Source: a virus. From it: a DNA stretch of 64,000 nucleotides. The position numbers and the translations under genes were made by a program. The notes beneath the pieces were generated by a model that searched no databases, was not told the origin of the DNA, and worked only from the letters and a program-made list of their open reading frames with translations. Shown here piece by piece: positions 45,657-56,547 of the stretch. The number at the start of each line of letters is the position of its first letter. The stretch's first letter is position 1. Where the stretch lies: the IMG/VR virus record IMGVR_UViG_3300023172_000011, positions 1 to 64,000 of that record; one strand, 5' to 3'.

Positions 45657-47135
45657 GTGTCTAAAGAAACCGATTTGAAAAATGTAGCTTCTGAACGTGC
45701 TGTTCTTGCCGGACTTTTACAGCATGGTAAGGAATGCTTACTAGAAGTTGAACTCTTCGTAAATGAAGAGAGTTTCACAATCGAAAATAACAAAGTCCTA
45801 TATAAGTGCATTAAGCATTCATTCGAAAGTGGAGATGTTGTTGGTTATACAGAGATCCTGTCATCAGCAAAGAGTCTAAACCTAGACGAATTTGTTGAAA
45901 AAAATGATATGCTAAAACATATCACTGGAGTTATGAATACTCCGGTTAATATTAATAATGTCGCAGAGCACGCCAAAAAACTAAAGAGGCTTGAATTTGC
46001 CAGAATCATGCAGGGTAAGCTCAGAGACATTTATTTAAACCTGAACAAAGTTACTGGAGATGAGGACATCGCCAGCATTTTGTCGATTGCAGAAAACCCT
46101 ATTCAAGATGTATGTCTATCCTTCATGAAGGAAGATGATCTTTCTCCAAAATCTATTGGCGAAGGCATCCATGCATATCTAGAACATATCAAGAATAATG
46201 ATGGCAAGTCTATTGGTATTCCAACTGGTATGAGTGCATTCGATAAGGCTATTGGAGGCGGCTTGCGTCGAAAATGCGTAGACCTGATTGCTGCTCGTCC
46301 CAAAACTGGAAAATCTGTACTTGCCGATAATATTGCCTTGCATATTGCTGGAGAGTATGATATACCAGTACTTATGCTTGATACAGAAATGAGCACAGAA
46401 GATCACTGGAATAGAATCATTGCAAATAAAAGCGGTGTTGAAATTAATGATGTTGCATCCGGTAAATTTGCTACAGATCCTGAAAAAGTAGACTCTGTGA
46501 CAAAATCTGTAGAGACTATTGAATCTATACCTTATGACTATATTAGCATTGCTGGTAGACCATTTGATGAAACACTATCTATTATCAAAAGATGGCTATT
46601 AAAGAGAGTTGGCTATGATGAAACAGGAAGACTAAATGACTGCGTGATTATTTATGACTATCTAAAACTGATGACATCTTCTAGTATTAATAACAATCTT
46701 GCAGAATTCCAAGTTCTCGGTTTTCAGATCACTTCACTGCATAATTTTTGTGTAGAGAATGATTGCCCGTGTTTGTCATTTGTGCAGCTTAATAGAGATG
46801 GTATTACCAAGGAATCTACAGATGTAGTTTCCGGATCTGACCGTTTAGTTTGGCTCTGTACTTCATTCTCAATCTTCAAGGATAAGTCAGATGAAGAAAA
46901 AGTTACGGATGGAATAAACAATGGAAATAAAAAACTTATACCAATTGTTTCCAGACATGGACCCGGAATGGAAGACGAAGGTTATATATGCTTGCAAATG
47001 GACGGCAAGTTTGCAAAAGTAAGAGAAGTTGGCACTATTAGAGAGATTAAGAGTAATGCAAACAACAATCAACAAGGATTTGCAAATTCGCAAAATGCGA
47101 ATTTTGAAGAGGAAGATGGTGAAGAAGATTTTTGA
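45657..47135 (+). CDS. dnaB: Replicative DNA helicase
   Basis: SERAVLAGL, GIPTG, IAARPKTGKS, TEMS, YDYLKLM, QLNR; GTG/TTG start inferred. Confidence 0.93.
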   Translation: MSKETDLKNVASERAVLAGLLQHGKECLLEVELFVNEESFTIENNKVLYKCIKHSFESGDVVGYTEILSSAKSLNLDEFVEKNDMLKHITGVMNTPVNINNVAEHAKKLKRLEFARIMQGKLRDIYLNLNKVTGDEDIASILSIAENPIQDVCLSFMKEDDLSPKSIGEGIHAYLEHIKNNDGKSIGIPTGMSAFDKAIGGGLRRKCVDLIAARPKTGKSVLADNIALHIAGEYDIPVLMLDTEMSTEDHWNRIIANKSGVEINDVASGKFATDPEKVDSVTKSVETIESIPYDYISIAGRPFDETLSIIKRWLLKRVGYDETGRLNDCVIIYDYLKLMTSSSINNNLAEFQVLGFQITSLHNFCVENDCPCLSFVQLNRDGITKESTDVVSGSDRLVWLCTSFSIFKDKSDEEKVTDGINNGNKKLIPIVSRHGPGMEDEGYICLQMDGKFAKVREVGTIREIKSNANNNQQGFANSQNANFEEEDGEEDF

Positions 47136-48120
47136 TCTCTTTGCCTTTTTTGAAATTAATGAATATTACGAGTCACATAACCTACTGATAAGTTCTTGTC
47201 CAGTCCATGAAGGAGACAATGTTACTGCATTCAATATCAATATTGACGAAGATCATGAAGATCACTGCGGTAAATGGTTTTGTAATACTCAGGGATGTCA
47301 CAATGAGAAGTCAACTAATGATATTATTTCTTTAGTCTGGATGCTCCTTGAGAATAAATTCAAAAAACCTTATAAGTTTCCAGAAGTTATTAAGTTCTGT
47401 CAAGATTTTTGCTCTGGCGTAAAAATAGACATTTCAATTACTTATAAGTCATCAGAAGCACTAGATAAATTACTGAAAAATACAAGAAAAGTTGAGAAAC
47501 TACAAAATAAGATAACAAGATCTACGGTAAGGAAACACCTTACCTTTCCTGCACAATACTATATCAATAGAGGATTCTCTCAAGAAGCACTAGATCTTTT
47601 TGATGTAGGATTATGCACTAGGCCCGATAGTCAAATGTACAAGCGTATTGTATTTCCAGTGTACGATGAGAATGATGAGTACATGGTTGGATGCGTCGGT
47701 AGAACTATAGGTAATGACCCTAGAAAATGGATTAACCAAAAGGGATTCAATAAATCCAACTTTTTGTATAATTACGGAAAAGCAATTGAGCATATTAGTA
47801 GAAGTGCGACTATAATACTAGCAGAGGGACAAGGCGATGTTATCCGTCTTTGGGAATCTGGTATTAGAAATGCCGTTGGAATATTCGGTTCAAAGATTAG
47901 CGATGCTCAAGAATTTCTGATTCAAAAGACCGGTGTTTCAAATGTGATTATTATGTCTGACAATGATAAAGCGGGTGACGCTTGTAAAAGAGACATATAT
48001 GAGCGATTGAAACTTTTATTTAATATTTATACTGTGGAAATTCCCAAAAACGACATTGGCGATATGACAGTCAATGAAGTCAATGAACTAATCAAGCCTC
48101 AAATTCAAGGAAAATTTTGA
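47116..48120 (+). CDS. dnaG: DNA primase (Zn finger + Toprim)
   Basis: CPVH...WFCNTQGC, RIVFPV, GRT, EGQGDV, DNDKAG, KNDIGD. Confidence 0.9.
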   Translation: MVKKIFDLFAFFEINEYYESHNLLISSCPVHEGDNVTAFNINIDEDHEDHCGKWFCNTQGCHNEKSTNDIISLVWMLLENKFKKPYKFPEVIKFCQDFCSGVKIDISITYKSSEALDKLLKNTRKVEKLQNKITRSTVRKHLTFPAQYYINRGFSQEALDLFDVGLCTRPDSQMYKRIVFPVYDENDEYMVGCVGRTIGNDPRKWINQKGFNKSNFLYNYGKAIEHISRSATIILAEGQGDVIRLWESGIRNAVGIFGSKISDAQEFLIQKTGVSNVIIMSDNDKAGDACKRDIYERLKLLFNIYTVEIPKNDIGDMTVNEVNELIKPQIQGKF

Positions 48121-48941
48121 TGACACAGATCATTGCATTATGCGGTAAAAAGCAATCAGGAAAGACTACTCTTTCCAACTATCTACATGGTCATGAGATG
48201 AAACGCCATGATATTGTTGAAAAGTTTCTAATTTCCCCGGAAGGGGAGCTTGTGGTAAACTGTACTTTTCATGATGAAAATGGAAAAGAGTTTGAAGAAC
48301 TTGGAGTTCTTGATCTACAGCAGCATACGGATGAATTTTTCCAATATGCCTCTCGTAGAATTTGGCCTCTTATTCGCGGCTATAATTTCGCAGATTCATT
48401 AAAAGAAATCTGTGTTATGCTATTTAATATTCCACCAGAATGTGTCTATGGAACAGACGAACAAAAGAATCAGATTCAGGAGCATCTATTATGGGAAAAT
48501 ATGCCGGGAGATACTAGCGATATTGGTCCCAACGGTAAGATATGTCATCATAAGGGACCAATGACCGCTCGTGAGTTCATGCAATTCTTTGGCACAGACG
48601 TTATGCGTAAAATGTACCAGCCAATCTGGTTGGAAAATTGCTTTCGAAGAATTGAAGCTGATAAACCAGAGATTGCTGTTATTGGCGACTGTCGATTCTT
48701 AAATGAGATTGAGGCTGTGCAAAAGCGTGGTGGAAAAGTTATTAGACTAACTCGCTCACTCTATGAAAGCACTCATCAGAGTGAAATTGACGCAGACAAT
48801 TATAATAAGTTTGACGCAATCATTGATAATTCAAATTTAGATATTAATCAATCATGCAAGGCATTCTTGGATGAACTAATTAACCTTGGTGTCACCAAAA
48901 AGATCAGAGAAATGGGCAAGTACACCGCATCAATAAAGTGA
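48117..48941 (+). CDS. Deoxynucleoside monophosphate kinase
   Basis: GKKQSGKTT, FADSLKE, REFMQFFGTDVMR, DCRFLNE, HQSE. Confidence 0.88.
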   Translation: MMTQIIALCGKKQSGKTTLSNYLHGHEMKRHDIVEKFLISPEGELVVNCTFHDENGKEFEELGVLDLQQHTDEFFQYASRRIWPLIRGYNFADSLKEICVMLFNIPPECVYGTDEQKNQIQEHLLWENMPGDTSDIGPNGKICHHKGPMTAREFMQFFGTDVMRKMYQPIWLENCFRRIEADKPEIAVIGDCRFLNEIEAVQKRGGKVIRLTRSLYESTHQSEIDADNYNKFDAIIDNSNLDINQSCKAFLDELINLGVTKKIREMGKYTASIK

Positions 48942-48947
48942 TTTAAT

Positions 48948-49964
48948 ATGATTATATGTTACCATAGAAGCAGTTCATTAGGCACGTTTGAGATGTGCGA
49001 AATGAAATATTTCTTTCAGTACGTATTAGGCATGAAAGATAAAACGAATAAAAAGGCCGTACTAGGTACGGTCTTTCATCGTGTAATGCAGGTACTGGCT
49101 GACAAGAAAAAGGCTCAAGAAGAGAAGAAAAGAAAACTGAAGAATGATGACATTCAGGACTTAACGTTTGCTCAATGCGATGATATAGAATTCGTTACAG
49201 AGCTATGCTTTGAATACTACAAATATCATGAAGAAGATGTTGGCTTAGGACCAAAAGATCTACAGACATGTATTGGATGGGTATACAAAGCATTAGCTTA
49301 CAATGATGGCTATATGGACCCGAGAAATCAAAATATCAATGCCACAGAGCAATTCTTTGATATTGAGATTAAGCAAGATTGGGCTAAGTACCGATATGAG
49401 ATTAATGACAAAGTATTTGATGGATATCTTTCTATCAAGGGCACAATCGACGTAATTATCAAAGAGGATGATCTGTACTTCCAAGTCTTGGATTATAAAA
49501 CCGGCAAGCGATTGAATTGGGCAACAGGTAAAGAAAAGACCTACGAAGATCTTTGCTCTGATAAACAATTGCTACTCTATTATTACGCATTAAAGAATCT
49601 CTTCCCAGAAAGAAATTTCTATGTATCCATTTATTATGTTAATAATGGCGGGGTTTTTGATATTGTCTTTAGCGAAGAGGATTACAAGAAAGCAGAAGAC
49701 ATGCTTCGGGAAAAGTTTGAATACATCCGATCAGTTGACCTGCCGAGACAACTCTCTATAGATCAGCAAAACTGGAAGTGTACAAAATTGTGTAAATTTT
49801 CAGAAGAGTTTCAAGATTCTGGAAAAACTACTTGCCAATACTTCCATGATTTGATAAGATCTAAGGGTATGAACACTGTTGTATGCGAACATGCTAATTT
49901 GAATAAACTTGGAAAATATGGTGCTGGTGGAGGTAGACTTGGAGAAGATAATGAAAGTAATTAG
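48948..49964 (+). CDS. PD-(D/E)xK exonuclease (RecB/Cas4-like)
   Basis: SSSL..FEMCEMKY, GTVFH, GTIDV, LDYKTG, QLLLY, C-terminal Cys cluster. Confidence 0.85.
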   Translation: MIICYHRSSSLGTFEMCEMKYFFQYVLGMKDKTNKKAVLGTVFHRVMQVLADKKKAQEEKKRKLKNDDIQDLTFAQCDDIEFVTELCFEYYKYHEEDVGLGPKDLQTCIGWVYKALAYNDGYMDPRNQNINATEQFFDIEIKQDWAKYRYEINDKVFDGYLSIKGTIDVIIKEDDLYFQVLDYKTGKRLNWATGKEKTYEDLCSDKQLLLYYYALKNLFPERNFYVSIYYVNNGGVFDIVFSEEDYKKAEDMLREKFEYIRSVDLPRQLSIDQQNWKCTKLCKFSEEFQDSGKTTCQYFHDLIRSKGMNTVVCEHANLNKLGKYGAGGGRLGEDNESN

Positions 49965-49996
49965 TAAAACTTGCTGTAAGTGTAAGGAATTGATAT

Positions 49997-51835
49997 ATGA
50001 TTAGAAATCACAGCCATTATTCATTACTTATGTCTACATCTCGATCTAAGCAGATTGCCAAAGCCTGCAAAGATGCTGGATATAGATATGCTGGAATTAC
50101 TGATGTAGCCACGATTAGCGGCTGCGTTAATTTCATACAAGCATGTAAAAAGGAAGATATCACCCCGCTCATTGGATCTGAGATTATCTTAGATGATAAT
50201 TCAAGACTAACTCTTGTATGTAGAAATATTGAAGCATGGGATGATTTACTTGGAGTTATATCTCAGGCCAATTCTAAAGATAACCATGATGGCACTCCAA
50301 AAATTTCATTTGCCGATTTGACACAAAGCATTAATCCAGACAACTTTATCTGCATTGATGGCTATGTCGGTAGTAAGCTATTTAATAAACTATTTCCAAA
50401 TATAGACTGCATCTTTGATGCTGCCGATATTGAAATGGTTAAGTCATGCATTGACAATAACTGGAAAGAAATACTCAATGATGAAATAGCGTTGATGCAT
50501 CAAACATTTGCTCATTATTATCTAGAAGTCAACAATCTTGACTCAGATACTTTCCCGATCTCCAAGGTAATGTCTGACATTCTATCCGTCTATGACAATG
50601 TAATTCCGAATACATCAAGTTATTATCCCGAAAGAAAAGATGCTGTTGATCATCGCGTATTAATCTGTACTAAGCTGAAGACAACTATGCGTCAACTTGC
50701 CGATAAGATTAGCAATGCTAAAGATATCGACTTGCTTAAATTTATTAGGAGTAGCTCATACCATATTAAGACTAGAGAAGCTATTGAAGCAGCATACAGT
50801 TCAGAACAGGTAGATAATCTTGACAAGATTACTGAATTGTGTGCCGACATTAATATCCTATCCAAACCTAAGCTGCCAAACTTTGAAACTCCGGATGGAA
50901 GCACTGAAGATGAATATCTAAAGGAGCTATGTCGTAAGGGATGGAAACGTCTCATTATGACTGGAGTAGATCCATATAAATATGATATATATAAAGATCG
51001 TGTACTTAAAGAGCTAGAGGTTATCGAAAAGGCAAATCTTGCCGGATACTTCTTAATCGTTCAAGATTATGTTAACTATTTTAGAAATCAAGGATGCTTG
51101 GTTGGTCCCGGTCGAGGTTCTGGTGGTGGATCATTAGTATGCTATCTCACAGGAATTACTCTAATCGACCCAATTGAATATGGCTTGATTTTTGAACGAT
51201 TCTATAATGAAGGTAGAAATACTGAAGATCATGTATCACTTCCCGATATCGACATTGACTTTCCGCCATCGTACCGTGATAAGGTTGTCGAATATCTAAA
51301 GAATAAATATGGCGATAGTCAAGTTTGCCAGATGCTTACATTTGGTAGACTTGCAGGAAGGTCTATTTTGAAGGAAGTGTTAAGAGTCAATGAGTCGTGC
51401 AGTTTTGACGAAATGAATAAGATTACGGAGAGGATTCCAAACGAAGCTGCCATTTCCGACCTGCTGGAAGAAATGGATAATCCATCAGTAATTCGCTGGG
51501 CTTTGGAAAATGACAGGAATTCTCTAATTGATTACTGCTGGCTTGACGATGACGATACTCTACAAGGCGAGTATGCTAAGGTGTTTGAGCAGGCAATGCG
51601 TATGGAAGGCGTCTTCAAAACTCAAGGCAAACATGCTGCTGGCGTTGTAATTGCATCTGATGACTTGACAAAAATCTGCCCTATGGTAAAATCATCTCGT
51701 AGTTCCGAGCAAATTGCGGGCATGGAAATGGGCGACTTAGAAGCTATTGGATGTGTTAAATTTGACATTTTAGGCGTTTCTCTTCTGGAGAAAATTTCAA
51801 ATACTGTTGAGGAAATTAATTATGAATTATCGTGA
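49997..51835 (+). CDS. dnaE: DNA polymerase III alpha, N-terminal part (PHP + palm/thumb)
   Basis: NHSHYSLL, GYFLIVQD, GPGRGSGGGSLV.Y..GIT.IDP, FERF, SLPDIDIDF, GKHAAGVVI, KFDILG. Confidence 0.92.
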   Translation: MIRNHSHYSLLMSTSRSKQIAKACKDAGYRYAGITDVATISGCVNFIQACKKEDITPLIGSEIILDDNSRLTLVCRNIEAWDDLLGVISQANSKDNHDGTPKISFADLTQSINPDNFICIDGYVGSKLFNKLFPNIDCIFDAADIEMVKSCIDNNWKEILNDEIALMHQTFAHYYLEVNNLDSDTFPISKVMSDILSVYDNVIPNTSSYYPERKDAVDHRVLICTKLKTTMRQLADKISNAKDIDLLKFIRSSSYHIKTREAIEAAYSSEQVDNLDKITELCADINILSKPKLPNFETPDGSTEDEYLKELCRKGWKRLIMTGVDPYKYDIYKDRVLKELEVIEKANLAGYFLIVQDYVNYFRNQGCLVGPGRGSGGGSLVCYLTGITLIDPIEYGLIFERFYNEGRNTEDHVSLPDIDIDFPPSYRDKVVEYLKNKYGDSQVCQMLTFGRLAGRSILKEVLRVNESCSFDEMNKITERIPNEAAISDLLEEMDNPSVIRWALENDRNSLIDYCWLDDDDTLQGEYAKVFEQAMRMEGVFKTQGKHAAGVVIASDDLTKICPMVKSSRSSEQIAGMEMGDLEAIGCVKFDILGVSLLEKISNTVEEINYELS

Positions 51836-52502
51836 CTACATTGTTTATGACTTTGAAACTACATCAGCTAATCCGTACACAACACAACCCGTACAGATTG
51901 CCGCTGTTGTTGTTCATGGTCGTAAACTTGAAATCAAAGAAGGTTCCGAGTTTCAGTCTTTAATGAAGCCAGAGCTAAACATAAAAAAGTGTGAAACACT
52001 TGGTGTTGACCCGCTTGAAGATGGTGCCGTTGCAGTTCACGGAAAGACCGCAGAAATGCTAAAGAAGGCACCAACTATTAAAGCCGTCTGGAAAAACTTT
52101 ACAGATTACGTCAATCAGTACAACTTCAAAGGAAGTAATTGGTCGGCACCAGTATCTGTAGGATATAATATCAAGGGTTTTGACTCTATCATCGTGAATC
52201 GCCTATGTACGACAGATCCGTGGAATTTTGGACCTGTAGATAACAAGCGTGGCGAGCAGGATTTGTTCAATCGAATTCATAGCATTGACATGCTTGACTT
52301 TATGTTTGCATTGTTTGAAAACAATAAAGATGTGAATTCACTTTCTGCCGATAATCTTGTCCGTGGATATATGGGTTACGATAAAGGGACGGCACATGAT
52401 GCAATGTCCGACGTTATTATGACAGCGGAATTATTCTGTAGAACTATGAGAATGTTAAGAAGCACAGCGTCTCGTAAAACGTTTAAGGGTGCATTTGCAT
52501 GA
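51822..52502 (+). CDS. dnaQ: DEDDh 3'-5' exonuclease (DnaQ/epsilon-like)
   Basis: YDFETT, GYNIKGFD, HDAMSD. Confidence 0.85.
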   Translation: MNYRDYIVYDFETTSANPYTTQPVQIAAVVVHGRKLEIKEGSEFQSLMKPELNIKKCETLGVDPLEDGAVAVHGKTAEMLKKAPTIKAVWKNFTDYVNQYNFKGSNWSAPVSVGYNIKGFDSIIVNRLCTTDPWNFGPVDNKRGEQDLFNRIHSIDMLDFMFALFENNKDVNSLSADNLVRGYMGYDKGTAHDAMSDVIMTAELFCRTMRMLRSTASRKTFKGAFA

Positions 52503-52539
52503 TTGAACATAAAGAAAAAAAATAACAAGGTCAATAAAG

Positions 52540-54099
52540 ATGCAGAAGATTGATATCACAAAATTGAATGAAAATGATCGTGCCGTTTGGGATATGATTG
52601 GCGAAGGCCGTGTCAAGGGATGCTTTCAAATTGAGAGTCATCTTGGCAAGACATGGTGCAGGGCACTGAAGCCTGATAATATTCTTGAATTAGCAGCACT
52701 GATTAGTATTATTAGACCCGGAACCTTAAAGGCTTTCGTCGATGGAAAGTCTATGACCCAGCATTATGTAGATAGAAAGCATGGTAAAGATAAAGTTCCA
52801 AGCCTGCATCCAGCTATTGATAAGCTACTTGAAGAAACTTACGGAGTTATTGTATATCAAGAACAGGCGATGGAAATCGCTGTTAAGATGGCTGGATTCA
52901 ACTTGAAAGAGGCAGACGACTTACGCAAGGCTATTGGTAAAAAGAAGGCGGATCTGATGAAGCAGGTTCGCGTCAAGTTTATTGATGGATCTAAACAAAA
53001 TAATATTGAAGAAAGCAAGGCTACTGAGATCTTTGACATGATCGAAAAGTCGGCTAGGTATTCATTCAATAAATCTCATGCAGTAGCATATGCTAAAATG
53101 GCCTATTGGTCAGCTTATATAAAAAATTACTATGTTGACAGGTTTATGAAAAACTGGCTACGAGATGCCGATGATAAGATTGATCCCGATATGGAAAAGC
53201 GTCAACTTATTATGGCAGCAAGAGCGGAAGGTCTTGAAATCAAAGGTCCAAGCATTTCAGTACTTGAGGAAAACTTCACTTTCGGAAAACGCGATGGTAT
53301 GTTTCCAGCTATTCATTTCGGCATTTGCAACGTCAAGAATGTTGGTGCAATTCATCTCCAACAATTAAAGGATAGTATCTCAAATATTTCAAGCATAAAC
53401 TGGTCCAACCTATTGGTTCATGTACTACCTAATGTAAATAAGAGAGCTATAGAAAACTTAATTAGCGTTGGTGCGTTTGCTGGTCTTGGCAAATCAAGAA
53501 CGGAAATGATTCATGAGTTTCACTGCTTTTCTGACTTTACCAAGAAAGAAATGCAGTCAATACAAGAACATCTCAATATTAATAATTTAACAGCGGCAGA
53601 AATTGTAAAAAATCTACTATCCTATGGAGTTAAAAAGGATGGAGGATTTATATCTACACAGAGCCGATACATGAAGATTGAGGATATCTTGATGAGAATT
53701 CAAAATCCCGGCAGGAATCTTGCTGACAACTCCATGACATATGCTAGAATAGAAGAAAAGCTGCTTGGATATGCGATTAATCACTCGGAACTCAACGCCT
53801 GTTCAGATGCATGTCACGCAAATGCCACATGTAAACAATTGACAGATGGCAGAGCAGACAATTGTGTTATTGCTGTAATTATTAAAACTGTTAGAGAGCA
53901 TAAAACTAAGAACGGCGACATCATGGCTTTTGTATCTGCCGAAGATGATTCTGGAGAATTAGAAAATATTGTTATTTTTCCTGATGTATACGAGCAAAAC
54001 AAAGATATAATATACGATAGAGCCACAGTATTATTATCTGGTCAAATAAAAGATAAAACCAGAAATTCATTTATTATTGATAAAGTTTTTAGCATTTGA
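52540..54099 (+). CDS. dnaE: DNA polymerase III alpha, C-terminal part (fingers, HhH, OB)
   Basis: GCFQIES, IRPG, TYGVIVYQEQ.M, ADDLRKAIGKKK, YSFNKSHAVAY, NKRAIENLI..GAF, MAFVSAED..G. Confidence 0.92.
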   Translation: MQKIDITKLNENDRAVWDMIGEGRVKGCFQIESHLGKTWCRALKPDNILELAALISIIRPGTLKAFVDGKSMTQHYVDRKHGKDKVPSLHPAIDKLLEETYGVIVYQEQAMEIAVKMAGFNLKEADDLRKAIGKKKADLMKQVRVKFIDGSKQNNIEESKATEIFDMIEKSARYSFNKSHAVAYAKMAYWSAYIKNYYVDRFMKNWLRDADDKIDPDMEKRQLIMAARAEGLEIKGPSISVLEENFTFGKRDGMFPAIHFGICNVKNVGAIHLQQLKDSISNISSINWSNLLVHVLPNVNKRAIENLISVGAFAGLGKSRTEMIHEFHCFSDFTKKEMQSIQEHLNINNLTAAEIVKNLLSYGVKKDGGFISTQSRYMKIEDILMRIQNPGRNLADNSMTYARIEEKLLGYAINHSELNACSDACHANATCKQLTDGRADNCVIAVIIKTVREHKTKNGDIMAFVSAEDDSGELENIVIFPDVYEQNKDIIYDRATVLLSGQIKDKTRNSFIIDKVFSI

Positions 54100-54108
54100 G
54101 GCAGTTAA

Positions 54109-54441
54109 ATGAATAAGTGCATATTCTATGGGCAAATACGTAGCAAGAATTTTGAGACAGATGTCGATTCCAGTATTTGTAAAATAACATTACAGCTTAA
54201 AATAGAAAATAGAAGAAGTACAAAGTCTAAAAACAAAAAAATTGATTATGAACTTTTGAACTTTGAAGCATGGGGTGGTGCAGCACTGACCATCGAATCT
54301 AATGCCGATCCCGGCGATTACATTTTGATAGTAGATTCAACGGCCAGATCAATATCTCATGATAATAGTGGTTCACCAACAAGTGAGCTAATTTGTTTTA
54401 GAATTAACGAGTTTAAGATTATTAAGTACGGAGGACGATGA
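54109..54441 (+). CDS. Second, divergent SSB-like OB-fold protein
   Basis: MNKCIFYG...NFEAWG..A....GD pattern. Confidence 0.6.
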   Translation: MNKCIFYGQIRSKNFETDVDSSICKITLQLKIENRRSTKSKNKKIDYELLNFEAWGGAALTIESNADPGDYILIVDSTARSISHDNSGSPTSELICFRINEFKIIKYGGR

Positions 54442-54914
54442 TGGATTCTCAAGTTGAAAAAATGATTGAAGAGAACAAAAACCTTATCTACAGTATTGCA
54501 AATTCTCTTTATATCCCAAACAAGGCATTTAGCATAGAAGATCTAATCCAAGTTGGATTTTTAGCAATTTGCAAAAGTGCAAATAAATACAATCCAGAAC
54601 GAGGAAGGGTCTCAACATTTATTACGCACTGTGCTAAGAATGATATGATAAAGTTTATTAGAAAAAATAAGATTGGCCGTGAACTAATTTATAATGAATT
54701 AAAGAGCCTTAGTTATGATGAAACAGAAGAAATTCTCAAATCTGATGTATTGGATTATTATAATTTAAAAAATACAATTGAAGAAAAGATTGTGACACTA
54801 AAGAGAAATGGCGAATCCAATAGAGCTATTGGCAAAAAACTAAATCTAAACTCGAATAAAGTGTCTTCAATACTTTCAGAAATCAAAGAAAGGCTAGCAA
54901 CAAATAATGGCTAG
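54438..54914 (+). CDS. Sigma-70 family RNA polymerase sigma factor
   Basis: EDLIQVGFLAICKSANKYNPERG.VSTF region 2; C-terminal HTH. Confidence 0.85.
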   Translation: MMDSQVEKMIEENKNLIYSIANSLYIPNKAFSIEDLIQVGFLAICKSANKYNPERGRVSTFITHCAKNDMIKFIRKNKIGRELIYNELKSLSYDETEEILKSDVLDYYNLKNTIEEKIVTLKRNGESNRAIGKKLNLNSNKVSSILSEIKERLATNNG

Positions 54915-56547
54915 AAAAAAAAGAGTACTCTTCATTAGCGAGGCCGCATATCTAAATACGGGATATGCAAAATACAGTAAGGAAGTAATATCGCGTCTAT
55001 ATAGAAGCGGTAAATACGATGTAGCGGAAATGTCTGTATATGGAGCCGCTAATGATCCAAGACGCTCCAGTATTCCTTGGAAAAATTATCCAGTTCTTCC
55101 AGATGAGCATAACGAAGAACAAATGAAATCGTATAATTCTAGTCCGGGCAATCAATTTGGAAGCTGGAGATTTGAAAGAGTTTGTTTAGATTTCGAGCCA
55201 GATATTGTTTTAACAATTCGTGATTATTGGATGGATGCCTTTGTATATCATTCTCCATATAGAAGAATTTTCAAATGGGCATGGATGCCAACTGTAGATG
55301 CATCGCCACAGAATCCAGAATGGATTGATTTATTCTGTGATGCAAATTATGTACTAACCTATTCTGATTGGGCTAAGAATGTCCTAGAAGAACAGGCTGG
55401 AAAGAACATAAATACAGTTGGCTCTGCCCCTCCATCAGCATCCGATGCTTTCATTCCTATGAATCAAAAATCTGTTAGAGATGAATTTGGCGTCCGCGAT
55501 GATATAAATATTATTGGTAGTGTAATGAGGAATCAACGTCGGAAGTTATTTCCCGCGTTGATTTCTGCATTTAGTAAGTATCTAAAAGAAACTGGCGACA
55601 CCAAAACATATTTGTATATGCATACCAGCTATCCAGACGCTGGATGGAATTTAGCAAACTTAATCCACTCTAATGATATCTCTTCTAGAGTTTTAATGAC
55701 ATACGTATGCGGAAACACAGATTGCAAAAATGTTGAAGTCTGTTTTTTTTCAGATGCCAGAAAAGTCTGCCTTAAATGTAATAAATTTAGTTCAATGCCG
55801 TCTAGTGTATCTAATGGCGTTTCAGATGAAATACTGGCAAAGATATATAACATTTTTGATCTTTACCTTCAGCCAGCAAATTCAGAAGGGTTCGGTCTTC
55901 CTCAAGTTGAGGCTGCTGCATGTGGAATACCAATTGCCTGCACTAACTATTCCGCTATGGAAGACATTGTTAATAAACTAGATGCATATCCAATATCTTA
56001 TACAAAGTATAAAGAATTAGAAACTGGATGTGATCGTGCTGTTGTTGATGAGAATAGCATAGTAGAGATCATAAAAACTTTTCTATCAGACAAAACTCAA
56101 AAGAGTAATATTCGTCAGCTATTTGAAGATCATTATAGCTGGGACAAGACTGCCGCAAAGTGGATGGAAGTCATTGACGACTGTGAATATGCTGACTGGA
56201 AACAGCCTGCAAATATCATTAGACCTTCAAAAATAAATATGGAAGAAAAGTCTAATGAAAGATTTGTGCGGGAGTTAACCGAACTATTTTGCTACTACGA
56301 GGGGCACAAAAACTCGTACTTTACGAGGAACTTAATGTCTGATCTAACAAAAGGATCTAGCAAGATTGCGTGGGATGATCATTTCTCTAATGAATTTACT
56401 CCATCAAATCCAAATAAACAAAGACCAGTTGATAGGCAGTCAATTATTAATGTATTTGGTCGGAGACTAGAGAATTATAATATCTGGGAAGATGTGAGAA
56501 TAAATAGATCTAAATTAAAAGACGGGAACGAATTATGGCTAAACTAG
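54907..56547 (+). CDS. Glycosyltransferase family 4
   Basis: TGYAKY, RNQRRK, SEGFGLPQVEAAACG. Confidence 0.88.
   Translation: MARKKRVLFISEAAYLNTGYAKYSKEVISRLYRSGKYDVAEMSVYGAANDPRRSSIPWKNYPVLPDEHNEEQMKSYNSSPGNQFGSWRFERVCLDFEPDIVLTIRDYWMDAFVYHSPYRRIFKWAWMPTVDASPQNPEWIDLFCDANYVLTYSDWAKNVLEEQAGKNINTVGSAPPSASDAFIPMNQKSVRDEFGVRDDINIIGSVMRNQRRKLFPALISAFSKYLKETGDTKTYLYMHTSYPDAGWNLANLIHSNDISSRVLMTYVCGNTDCKNVEVCFFSDARKVCLKCNKFSSMPSSVSNGVSDEILAKIYNIFDLYLQPANSEGFGLPQVEAAACGIPIACTNYSAMEDIVNKLDAYPISYTKYKELETGCDRAVVDENSIVEIIKTFLSDKTQKSNIRQLFEDHYSWDKTAAKWMEVIDDCEYADWKQPANIIRPSKINMEEKSNERFVRELTELFCYYEGHKNSYFTRNLMSDLTKGSSKIAWDDHFSNEFTPSNPNKQRPVDRQSIINVFGRRLENYNIWEDVRINRSKLKDGNELWLN

Noticed and set aside
48948-49964. 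Cas4/CRISPR system
   Set aside because: No repeat-spacer array or other cas genes were seen; a standalone phage exonuclease in the replication module explains it.
36191-54099. Inteins or group I introns in nrdA, nrdB, recA, dnaB or dnaE
   Set aside because: Protein lengths are normal, motifs are colinear, and no intein C1/HN signatures are seen.
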